Virus record (IMG/VR): IMGVR_UViG_3300009091_000002
Coordinates: 1 to 56,931 of that record
DNA length: 56,931 nucleotides
Strand: one strand, 5' to 3'
From: a virus
Taxonomy: Duplodnaviria; Caudoviricetes
Shown here one piece after another: positions 49,387-56,931 of this stretch. A program made the translations under genes and the position numbers. Under the pieces are notes generated by a model that worked only from the letters and a program-made list of their open reading frames with translations, had not been told where the DNA came from and did no database searches. The stretch's first letter is position 1. Every line of letters starts with the position of its first letter.

Positions 49387-49853
49387 TAGACGTGGCAACA
49401 TTCCGGTCTCATTTTCCAGAGTTCAATAGCACTACCATGTATCCAAATGCTGGTGTTCAATTTTGGCTTGCGTTTGCTTATCGAATGGTGAACGCAGATA
49501 GATTTGGCACCAACCTTGATATTGGGGTTGAACTATTTACCGCACATTTCATAACTATGGAAGCACGCAGTGTTCTTGAAACTGCTGGTGGTGGCATTCC
49601 TGGTGTGAATGTAGGTGTGCAAAGCAATAAATCTGTTGACCGTATATCTATAGGCTACGATACTGGCGCTGGAACGGAAGAAGGGCAGGGACACTGGAAC
49701 ACTACCACTTACGGTACGCGTTTTATCTGGATGACCAAGATGTTTGGTGCTGGGCCAATTCAACTTGGAGTAGGCGCGGCTCCTGTAGGTGCTGGATTTG
49801 GACAAGCATGGCCAGGACCAAATACGGCTCCTGGATTCTCGACTTTTATGTAA
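49383..49853 (+). CDS. Head-tail adaptor (DUF4054-like)
   Basis: FR..FPEF, LF.AH, KSV..ISI.YD, W..T.YG.RF. Confidence 0.88.
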   Translation: MIDVATFRSHFPEFNSTTMYPNAGVQFWLAFAYRMVNADRFGTNLDIGVELFTAHFITMEARSVLETAGGGIPGVNVGVQSNKSVDRISIGYDTGAGTEEGQGHWNTTTYGTRFIWMTKMFGAGPIQLGVGAAPVGAGFGQAWPGPNTAPGFSTFM

Positions 49854-49868
49854 TTAGGGAACAACGTA

Positions 49869-50204
49869 ATGACCGCTCATATCATTTGCATGTTAAATAA
49901 ACTTCCGCTAGCTATCGCAATGGCAACTACTCTATCTTCTTGCGCCGTAGCAAGAACAACCGATAAATTCATAGATGCGACAAGTGGCAAAGTGATTCGG
50001 GAAACAACTGGCTATATCTGTGAGTTTGGAAGGAGCGAAGCGATGTCTGATTTTGCTGATGTATCTTCAACAAATGGAAGATCTATAACCATAGGTTCGA
50101 CTAAAGGTGATGTTAATGTTCAGGCGATAACTGCGTCTTCAGAAGGGCTAGGAAAAATAATTGGGACAGCAGTTCGGGCAGCTTCTGGAATACCGGCTCC
50201 GTGA
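49869..50204 (+). CDS. Putative lipoprotein
   Basis: Hydrophobic stretch ending in lipobox LSS-C. Confidence 0.6.
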   Translation: MTAHIICMLNKLPLAIAMATTLSSCAVARTTDKFIDATSGKVIRETTGYICEFGRSEAMSDFADVSSTNGRSITIGSTKGDVNVQAITASSEGLGKIIGTAVRAASGIPAP

Positions 50205-50321
50205 ATTAATAAAGCAATTTATAAATCTTAACAGATCAGGGCTGGCATCCAACAAAGGCTGTATTTTTGTTTAATAACCTTTAAGTTGCTTTATTAATTG
50301 ATTAACCGTTATAATTTCTGA

Positions 50322-50870
50322 ATGAATAAGAATATAAAGTTGCTGATTGATAATCTTCCATCCTTTAAAAGGAATTTTAAAGAATTAACTAGTAAGGAAG
50401 TATTCGTTGGAGTTCCTAGCGGTAAAGCAAATAGAAAGGATTCAAAAGAGCCGAACAATGCTATGCTAGCTTACATCCACGATAATGGAAGTCCGGCACG
50501 GAATATTCCGGCCAGACCTTTTATGAAGCCAGGAATTGAAAGGGCACACCGGGATATTGAGAAGGCTATGGAAATCGGGGCGAAACAATGCCTAGACGGC
50601 GCAACAGAAGCTGTGGACATAGCATTACATAGGGTTGGCCTTATCGCCCAACGTTCAATAAGGAATCGAATAAACGAAGGGATTTCACCACCGTTGGCAG
50701 AATCTACTTTAAAGGCAAGAATTAGAAACAAAAAGGCGGTAAAAGGCGCGTTGGCAGAATTGAAAAGACGGGCAGCTGGTAAAGCGGCTAGTGCCACAGT
50801 TAATGCTAAGCCTCTTATACAAACTGGACAACTACGCAACTCAATTAATTATGTAATCAAGGATAAATAA
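50322..50870 (+). CDS. Neck/tail completion protein
   Basis: V.VG.P, NA.LAYIH..G.P..NIPARPF, PL..ST...R, KPLI.TG.LR.SI.Y. Confidence 0.85.
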   Translation: MNKNIKLLIDNLPSFKRNFKELTSKEVFVGVPSGKANRKDSKEPNNAMLAYIHDNGSPARNIPARPFMKPGIERAHRDIEKAMEIGAKQCLDGATEAVDIALHRVGLIAQRSIRNRINEGISPPLAESTLKARIRNKKAVKGALAELKRRAAGKAASATVNAKPLIQTGQLRNSINYVIKDK

Positions 50871-50872
50871 AA

Positions 50873-51100
50873 GTGGCGACTAATATACACATACACGCTG
50901 GTAGTAAAAAAACAATGGATAGTAAAGAATCCGATACTCTAAAAAAATATATACGGGAGCTTAAATCTAACCCCTCTGATCTAGAAGGACTAGTCGCTTA
51001 CGTTGAAGGAGAGGGCGCCTTAATTGCCACAATAGGCGGAAGAGTGGCATCTATTGGAGGGGACCTAAAACGCTTTGGCGGTATGATCAAGAGTAAATAA
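50873..51100 (+). CDS. Small protein with NIHIH...TMD leader
   Basis: GTG start; (M)ATNIHIHAGSKKTMDS. Confidence 0.7.
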   Translation: MATNIHIHAGSKKTMDSKESDTLKKYIRELKSNPSDLEGLVAYVEGEGALIATIGGRVASIGGDLKRFGGMIKSK

Positions 51101-51102
51101 CA

Positions 51103-51552
51103 ATGGCATTGTTAGACGTCAATTTTGTACTTAAAGACCCAGACTTATCGGAGACTTTCACTGTTCGCAGACGCCAACAAGTAATCGATATTCACGGAAG
51201 ATCAACAATAAATGAAACTGATTATTTAGGCACGGTTGGCGTTATTAATGCTGGTGACCCAAACGATTTGAGGCGGGATAATCCTGAGTATGAATTTGCC
51301 ACCAATACAATCAGCCTAGTGACTGATTTTGATTTGATTGGTGAAACTGAAGGATATTTGCCTGATATAGTATTTTGGCGCGGTGCTAATTACACCGTTA
51401 TTTACATCAATCAGTATCCTCAATTCGGACCTGGATTTATACAAGCAGTTTGTACGCAAACAGATAGGCAGGATAAACTTCCACCATTATTCTTAAATGG
51501 ACAAATGGCTTTAAATAATGCTCGCAATAGCAACTTAGCAGGATTATTATAA
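51103..51552 (+). CDS. Head closure / head-tail joining protein
   Basis: LLDV..VL.DPD....F.V.R, PD...W.G..Y.V, ..G.GF..A. Confidence 0.75.
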   Translation: MALLDVNFVLKDPDLSETFTVRRRQQVIDIHGRSTINETDYLGTVGVINAGDPNDLRRDNPEYEFATNTISLVTDFDLIGETEGYLPDIVFWRGANYTVIYINQYPQFGPGFIQAVCTQTDRQDKLPPLFLNGQMALNNARNSNLAGLL

Positions 51553-51815
51553 TGGCAATGCATATACATATACATCTAACAGGGAAGACTTATGACCAAG
51601 GAGAAAGCTATGCCACTTTGTTTAAACTCCGCGAAAAAAAATATACGGAGATTAAAGATCTTCGAAAAGAAATAGTGGATTTAACTAGCCAAATTGAGTC
51701 TTCGAAAGGAGATTACCGTAACCTATTTAAGCAGCGGGAGAAGAAATACTCGCAAATAAAAGAGCTTAATAAGGAGATAGATTCGTTATCCAGAAAAATC
51801 GAAGCCTTGCATTAA
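51552..51815 (+). CDS. Small coiled-coil protein with HIHIH...TYD leader and internal duplication
   Basis: MAMHIHIHLTGKTYDQ; two Y..LFK.REKKY..IK.L.KEI..L...IE units. Confidence 0.75.
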   Translation: MAMHIHIHLTGKTYDQGESYATLFKLREKKYTEIKDLRKEIVDLTSQIESSKGDYRNLFKQREKKYSQIKELNKEIDSLSRKIEALH

Positions 51816-51844
51816 TCCTCTAAATCTTCGAAGCAGGAACAAAA

Positions 51845-52177
51845 ATGAGACTAGCAATATTAGACGCCAACAGTTTAGCCCAGAATATTCTTACAAGAGG
51901 GCAAGAAGCAATTATCGATGCTTCAGGAACAATAGCGGCAACCTCAGTAGCCCAGACAATCGCGGCAGCATCTTCAACTCGGTCTGGGTTCTTTTTGATG
52001 AATCTTGGAACACACAATATGGGTCTGAATGACTTAGGGGCTGCTACACTAGGGGCAGGATCAATAATTTTGGCACCTGGGGCTAGCATATCGGCACCAG
52101 CAAATTATCCGGTTAGCACAGGTGCCTTGAGTTTAGCCGGCACGATTGGCGATGGCTATACATTGAGGATTTGGTAG
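51845..52177 (+). CDS. Small beta-rich hypothetical virion protein
   Basis: R.GF...N.G......D.G.AA...GSI.L.PG pattern; AGGA RBS. Confidence 0.65.
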   Translation: MRLAILDANSLAQNILTRGQEAIIDASGTIAATSVAQTIAAASSTRSGFFLMNLGTHNMGLNDLGAATLGAGSIILAPGASISAPANYPVSTGALSLAGTIGDGYTLRIW

Positions 52178-52770
52178 TGCCAAATACTTCCGCAACAGGC
52201 GGCGCATTATTACCAACAGGGAATCCGCTGCCTTTAGCAGACTTACCATTACAAGATTTTTTGCATGATTGGATTGTCGGAATAACAGGATTCACCAACG
52301 CTTTAGTGCGCCCAAGGTGGCAGCCTGAGCAGCCAAATATTCCAAATGCGAGCGTAGACTGGTGCGCCTTTGGTGTGACCAATAAACATACCCTTGGACA
52401 ACCTTATATTGAGCATGTACCTGCATCAACCGACTTTCCAAATGGGTACGACGAATTAAGAAGTCACCAAGAATTTACAATGCTTGTTACATTTTACGGA
52501 CCAAATGCTGAGATGAATGAAATGCTTCTTAGCAGAGGGATGTATATTGCACAAAATCAAGAATCTTTGAATTTGAATAACATGGCTTTAATTGGCCATG
52601 AGGATTCAACAACAATCCCAGAATTACTAAAAGAGCAATGGATGTTTAGAGTCGATTTGCCGATTTACTTTAGACGACAAATCACACTTGATTACTCAGT
52701 GCTTAATATATTGCACGGAATAGCGAATATAAATAATGAACACTCGCAAACACCAATAACATCAGGATAA
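52171..52770 (+). CDS. Tail terminator / neck protein
   Basis: GITG.....VRPRWQ...P......DWCAFG, FYGP.A, QN...L, PEL....W..R.D. Confidence 0.82.
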   Translation: MVVPNTSATGGALLPTGNPLPLADLPLQDFLHDWIVGITGFTNALVRPRWQPEQPNIPNASVDWCAFGVTNKHTLGQPYIEHVPASTDFPNGYDELRSHQEFTMLVTFYGPNAEMNEMLLSRGMYIAQNQESLNLNNMALIGHEDSTTIPELLKEQWMFRVDLPIYFRRQITLDYSVLNILHGIANINNEHSQTPITSG

Positions 52771-52774
52771 AATC

Positions 52775-54616
52775 ATGACGCTTAGCACATTACCCATTAG
52801 CCGTTTAGTCGCAGTCAGTGTCAATCTTGCGCCTAATGCTGCTCAAACTCAAAATATCTCAACTCTGATGATTCTTGGGATTTCCAACATAATTGACACC
52901 ATTGAACGGTACAGATCATATGCTTCAATTTCAGCAGTAGCAACTGATTTTGGAACAGTTGCTGAAGAATATCTGGCAGCAGTATTGTGGTTTGAGCAGC
53001 AGCCTCAACCAACAAATCTTCTCATCGGGAGATGGGCAAAAACTGCAACATCTGCTCTTTTACACGGTGCATCGCTTACGACAGCGCAGCAGCTTATCAC
53101 AACTTGGAATGCTATCACATCAGGAGCTTGTGAAACGGTAATAGATAGCGTGCCTCTATCCCTGACTGGGTTGAACTTTTCAGCAGCTACAAATATGAAT
53201 GGCATAGCGTCGATCATACAAACTGCCTTAATTGCAAAAGCATCGGCATTTGGAATGACTGGATTTGCCTCTTTAACTGTTGTATGGAATGCTACATTCA
53301 GCCGCTTTGAGGTTATGTCCGGAACGACTGGAGTGCTTTCTACACTCCAATTTTTCATGGCACCAACTGCTACAGGGTTTGCGCAATTCAATTTAATACC
53401 GGCGCCTGCCGATACGATAACTTTGAATGGAACAGTGTGGACATTCGTTTCAGCGCTGACAACTGGCAACCAAATACTAATTGGTGCCTCAACTGCGGCT
53501 ACTTTAGTAAATGTGCTGGCAACGTTGAAAGCAAGTCTGGATGTAAATACGGTTTTGATGGATTATTATGTGTCTGGTAATTATTTGTATTTTGAATCCA
53601 AATTAACAGGGATTGCAGGAAATTCTTACACTCTGGCAAAATCAAGCGTCAATGTAACGCTATCAGGCGTAGTGCTTTCTGGCGGCGTTGCCACTGGCGA
53701 TATATCAGTATCGTTAGGTTTAGCTGCATCAAATTCAGGTGCTTATATTTCGCAAGGTATCGTAGCAGAAACTGCCTTACAAGCAGCAACTATTTTCGAT
53801 CAGAATTATGGCCAAACTTGGTACGGAATGCAGATTCCATCCGCGAGCAATTCAGATCACCAAGCCGTTGGCGCCTTTATTGAAGGAACAACGAGTAAGC
53901 ACACCTACTGGATTTCAACAGTAGAATCTGGCGTGCTTAATTCCACAAATACGACAGATATTGCCTACATAATGTCTCAGCTGAATCTCAACCGTTCAAT
54001 TGTACAATGGTCTAGTTTGAATGCCTATGCTTCAGCATCTTTGGCTGCCAAGGCATTAACCATAGATTACAATGGGAATAATACTGTCATTGACTTAATG
54101 TACAAACAGGAGCCTGGAATCACTGCTGAAAACCTCAATTCCACGCAAGTAACAGCATTAGAAAATAAAAATGCCAATGTATTTTTAGCGTATAATAATA
54201 ACACGGCTATTATTGAACAAGGAAACAATGTAAGCGGTGTTCCAATTGATATCATCACAGGAACAGATTGGTTGGCGATTCAAATACAAACAGCAGTTTA
54301 TAATCTATTATATCTAAGCTCAACCAAGATACCGCAAACGGATGCTGGCAACCATATGATTACAACTACTATAGAAGCTGTTCTATCGCAGGCTGCTATA
54401 AATGGTTTACTTGCCCCTGGAACATGGACTGCTGGCGGGTTTGGTGCTATCTCCCAAGGCGATTTCTTGCCAAAAGGATTCTATGTTTATGCACCGCCTA
54501 TTGCTCAACAAAATGTTTCAGACAGAAGCGCAAGGAAGTCAGTTACTTTCCAGATTGCAGCGAAACTTGCTGGTGCAATTAGAACCGTTTCAATTTTAAT
54601 CAGTGTTAATCGTTAA
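52775..54616 (+). CDS. Contractile tail sheath (DUF3383-like)
   Basis: V.V.L, ER.R.Y......DFG....EY.AA..WF.Q.P.P, KQEPG, GTDWL...IQ, KIPQTD.G, R.ARK, AGAI. Confidence 0.9.
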   Translation: MTLSTLPISRLVAVSVNLAPNAAQTQNISTLMILGISNIIDTIERYRSYASISAVATDFGTVAEEYLAAVLWFEQQPQPTNLLIGRWAKTATSALLHGASLTTAQQLITTWNAITSGACETVIDSVPLSLTGLNFSAATNMNGIASIIQTALIAKASAFGMTGFASLTVVWNATFSRFEVMSGTTGVLSTLQFFMAPTATGFAQFNLIPAPADTITLNGTVWTFVSALTTGNQILIGASTAATLVNVLATLKASLDVNTVLMDYYVSGNYLYFESKLTGIAGNSYTLAKSSVNVTLSGVVLSGGVATGDISVSLGLAASNSGAYISQGIVAETALQAATIFDQNYGQTWYGMQIPSASNSDHQAVGAFIEGTTSKHTYWISTVESGVLNSTNTTDIAYIMSQLNLNRSIVQWSSLNAYASASLAAKALTIDYNGNNTVIDLMYKQEPGITAENLNSTQVTALENKNANVFLAYNNNTAIIEQGNNVSGVPIDIITGTDWLAIQIQTAVYNLLYLSSTKIPQTDAGNHMITTTIEAVLSQAAINGLLAPGTWTAGGFGAISQGDFLPKGFYVYAPPIAQQNVSDRSARKSVTFQIAAKLAGAIRTVSILISVNR

Positions 54617-54626
54617 GGATTAAGCA

Positions 54627-54791
54627 ATGTTAACAAAAATAATCAGAATGCCTGAAGACATTCCACAAGAAATATTGGATTTTTTTGAAATACCAACAAG
54701 TGCTATTGGATTTTGTGTTACTGTCGATACTGGTAGACCTATTATGGTTTCTGTAACAAAATATGTAGAAAAAAAGGAAAGCAAACAATGA
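54627..54791 (+). CDS. 54-aa hypothetical protein between sheath and tube (below ORF-track cutoff)
   Basis: AAGGA RBS, ATG 54627, TGA overlapping the tube ATG. Confidence 0.5.
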   Translation: MLTKIIRMPEDIPQEILDFFEIPTSAIGFCVTVDTGRPIMVSVTKYVEKKESKQ

Positions 54792-55231
54792 GCACTTATT
54801 CATTTTTAAACACAAATTGCACCATAACAGGCCCAGGTGGCTCAGTTAATCTTGGCGCTGGTGCTTCTGTGGCAGAGGAAGGGATCACACTAGAGCCAAA
54901 TGACGACATCAGCACAATGACTATTGCCGCCGATGGCTCAGTCATGCATTCATTGGGGGCTAACAAATCGCGGACATTAACAGTACGTTTATTGAAAACC
55001 TCAGCTACAAATAAAGCTCTTTCTCTGATGTATGCTTTCCAAACTGCAAGTCCTGCCAACCACGGTAATAATACAGTCAGTTTAGCAAATGCCCAAACGC
55101 GGGATGCCATAACTTGCCAGCAGGTAGCATTCAAACGGGGTGTTCCTTTGACCTACGGCAAAGAAGGAGGAATGAATGAATGGACTTTCGATGCCGGTAT
55201 TGTGGACGTAACTTTGGGTGGTAATGTGTAA
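54788..55231 (+). CDS. Tail tube protein (DUF3277-like)
   Basis: TYSF......GP, G...AEEGI, M...ADG..MHSL, LLKTS..N, W.F. Confidence 0.88.
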   Translation: MSTYSFLNTNCTITGPGGSVNLGAGASVAEEGITLEPNDDISTMTIAADGSVMHSLGANKSRTLTVRLLKTSATNKALSLMYAFQTASPANHGNNTVSLANAQTRDAITCQQVAFKRGVPLTYGKEGGMNEWTFDAGIVDVTLGGNV

Positions 55232-55605
55232 TGAACCCAATATACCAAATACAGTCCAAGTTGAATGCTTTTGATCAACTCAATATAGCACGAAAGCTAT
55301 CCCCTGCATTCCCACTTATCAAGGCCGTTGTAGATCAAGATAACGCAGGGAAAGACAAAGGTGTGCTAATTGTTATGGCTCTTGGCATGCTTTCTGATGA
55401 AGGCAATAAGTATGTTGTTGAAAAATGTTTATCCACCGTAGTTCGAACCCAAGATAATGGTGCGCTTGCAAAGATTTTCATCAATGGGCAATTAATGTTT
55501 GATGATTTAACGCTGACTGATATCACTGAAATTACAGCGCAAGTCATTGAGGATAATCTTGGAAATTTTTTAAATACCGCCCTGTCAGCACTAGGCAAGG
55601 ATTAA
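55231..55605 (+). CDS. Tail assembly chaperone (gpG-like)
   Basis: KLNAFDQ..IARKL.P, LMFDD, V...NLGNF; between tube and tape measure. Confidence 0.82.
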   Translation: MNPIYQIQSKLNAFDQLNIARKLSPAFPLIKAVVDQDNAGKDKGVLIVMALGMLSDEGNKYVVEKCLSTVVRTQDNGALAKIFINGQLMFDDLTLTDITEITAQVIEDNLGNFLNTALSALGKD

Positions 55606-55793
55606 GCAGCAGAGCGGTTGAATTTATTTCAATGACAAGTGAAGAAGATATGTTGATTCGCCCTATTCTGAATGGGATGTGTATGTATGAATCATTGAAG
55701 AATGGGACTTTGGACTTATTGGATATAACAAAGATGAATGAAGCATTAGATGTCCAATCAGCAAACCAAAATATTATAAGGAATAGTAAATAA
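55563..55793 (+). CDS. Tail assembly chaperone gpT-like segment, reached by -1 frameshift (own ATG at 55632)
   Basis: -1 frame open from the slippery site to TAA 55791; encodes RP...G.C.YESLK.GTLDL.DI..MNEALD. Confidence 0.8.
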   Translation, partial: KFFKYRPVSTRQGLSSRAVEFISMTSEEDMLIRPILNGMCMYESLKNGTLDLLDITKMNEALDVQSANQNIIRNSK

Positions 55794-55794
55794 A

Positions 55795-56931
55795 ATGGCA
55801 AGCCAAGTCCTACAAGAATATCTAATCAAATTAGGCTATCAAGTTGATGCTATTGGCTTCCGTAGGTTTGACCAAAATTTAAGTACAGCTGGTAAACGGA
55901 TAATTGGTGTTGGCACTGCTGTTGCCGGAGTTGTCGCTGCGACTGCCGCCGCCACTACTGCTTTCGCCTATGATATGCGTAAGATGTATTTTGCTTCTGA
56001 GCTTGCTAATACATCTGTGAAGAATCTCAAATCGATGGAATATGCAGGAAAGCAGGTGGGTGTTTCAAGTGATGAAATGGCAGAGGCTATTTTGCATGTA
56101 GGGCGCGCTTTGCGTGGTGGTGATATTGGATTCAAAGCACTGATAAATGGCCTTGGAATCTCAACAGATTCAAGCAGAGAAGCCAATGACGTCCTCATGG
56201 AATTGCTAGAGACAACAAAACAATTCCCAGAAGAAATAGCAGCCTCAATGCTCAATATCCCTGTTGACACTTATCATATGCTTATTGAGGATACTGACAA
56301 ATTAAAAAACAAAACAAAAGAAGCAAATGATATACAAGAAAAATTTGGATTAAATTTCAAAGAAAGTGAATCCACTGTTATGCATTACACAAGTTCTTTG
56401 GATAGACTTGGCTTCATCGCAGAAGGAGTTGGGAAAAAATTTCTATTATCCGTGCTTCCTGTATTTGATCAAGCTGAAAGTGCCATGGAAGATTTTTTTT
56501 CTGGCTATTCAAAATATTTAGATAATCCATCTGAATATATAGCTAAATTTAAAAAATTTATGACAACTAATGTTTTTGCGGATCAAGGCCCAAGTAAAGC
56601 ACATGAAGAGCATAAAGCACGAACTGGATACAAAGGCGGGAAAGGACAAAAAGGAATTGAAGATCAGGTGATGGATTTTTTTATTTCAAAAGGATATGCA
56701 AGCGAAGATGCAGCAGCAATAGCAGCCAATCTATATGCTGAAAGCAAATTTGATCCCCATGCGAGTGAAACGCTAAAAGGCGGCGGTAAGGGGAGAGGCC
56801 GAGGACTTGCCCAATGGACTTCAAAAGATAGGATTGCTGCATTTGAAAAAATATATGGAAAGATTGAAGAATCCTCACTTGAAGATCAATTGTCTTTTGT
56901 TGACATGGAACTTAAAGGCACTCACAAATCA
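55795..56931 (+). CDS. Tape-measure protein with C-terminal phage tail lysozyme domain (about 478 aa, ends at 423)
   Basis: MASQVLQEYLIKLG; AAAIAANLYAES.FDP...GRGLAQWT..R...QL.F...EL lysozyme-like motif; missing from the ORF track because it runs off the end. Confidence 0.88.
   Translation, partial: MASQVLQEYLIKLGYQVDAIGFRRFDQNLSTAGKRIIGVGTAVAGVVAATAAATTAFAYDMRKMYFASELANTSVKNLKSMEYAGKQVGVSSDEMAEAILHVGRALRGGDIGFKALINGLGISTDSSREANDVLMELLETTKQFPEEIAASMLNIPVDTYHMLIEDTDKLKNKTKEANDIQEKFGLNFKESESTVMHYTSSLDRLGFIAEGVGKKFLLSVLPVFDQAESAMEDFFSGYSKYLDNPSEYIAKFKKFMTTNVFADQGPSKAHEEHKARTGYKGGKGQKGIEDQVMDFFISKGYASEDAAAIAANLYAESKFDPHASETLKGGGKGRGRGLAQWTSKDRIAAFEKIYGKIEESSLEDQLSFVDMELKGTHKS
56809..56931. repeat. 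Direct terminal repeat (copy 2), circular-contig overlap
   Basis: Identical to 1-123. Confidence 0.95.

Noticed and set aside
205-56878. Many antisense and overlapping ORFs in the track (e.g. 3936-4157, 20563-20910, 32180-32635, 37151-37690, 53005-53469, 55968-56270)
   Set aside because: They are shadows of well-supported genes on the opposite strand or frame and have no recognisable motifs
1-56931. Stop-codon reassignment, diversity-generating retroelement, integrase/lysogeny module, tRNA genes
   Set aside because: Core genes are full length in the standard code, and I saw no reverse transcriptase, recombinase or tRNA-like cloverleaf by eye

Overview
This window is a complete, circularly permuted dsDNA tailed-phage genome. 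The unique length is about 56,808 bp, and bases 1-123 repeat bases 56809-56931 as an assembly overlap. The + strand (about 28.3 kb to the end, wrapping to 7 kb) carries packaging, head and contractile-tail/baseplate genes of a Bcep781/Aaphi23-like myovirus layout: TerS/TerL, DUF1073-type portal, MuF, DUF2213 protease/scaffold, DUF2184 capsid, DUF3383 sheath, DUF3277 tube, Gp138 spike and baseplate J. The - strand (7-25.4 kb) carries replication, recombination and DNA-modification genes: family A polymerase, a beta-clamp-like protein, SF2 helicase, Cas4-like nuclease, SSB, Sak4-like ATPase, dCTP deaminase, and a 7-deazaguanine pathway (queE, queC, queD, intein-containing folE, dpdA-like). A primase-helicase and a probable origin lie at 25.7-28.3 kb. 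I found no integrase, tRNA, CRISPR array or recognisable endolysin. The most striking unexplained pattern is a shared peptide code in the virion operon. Four otherwise unrelated small proteins start with a (H/N)IHIH leader followed by T-x-D. HIHIH also occurs inside the scaffold, and basic leaders ending in T-x-D sit at the N-termini of portal, capsid, decoration protein and an ADP-ribosyltransferase. This suggests a capsid-targeting and protease-release system for injected cargo. Also notable are an unnamed ~55-aa helical domain present in five proteins, a QueC lacking all four Zn cysteines, a PRTase-FolE fusion with an HNH intein, and a portal-Nudix fusion. Family assignments come from motif recognition by eye, not from database searches.
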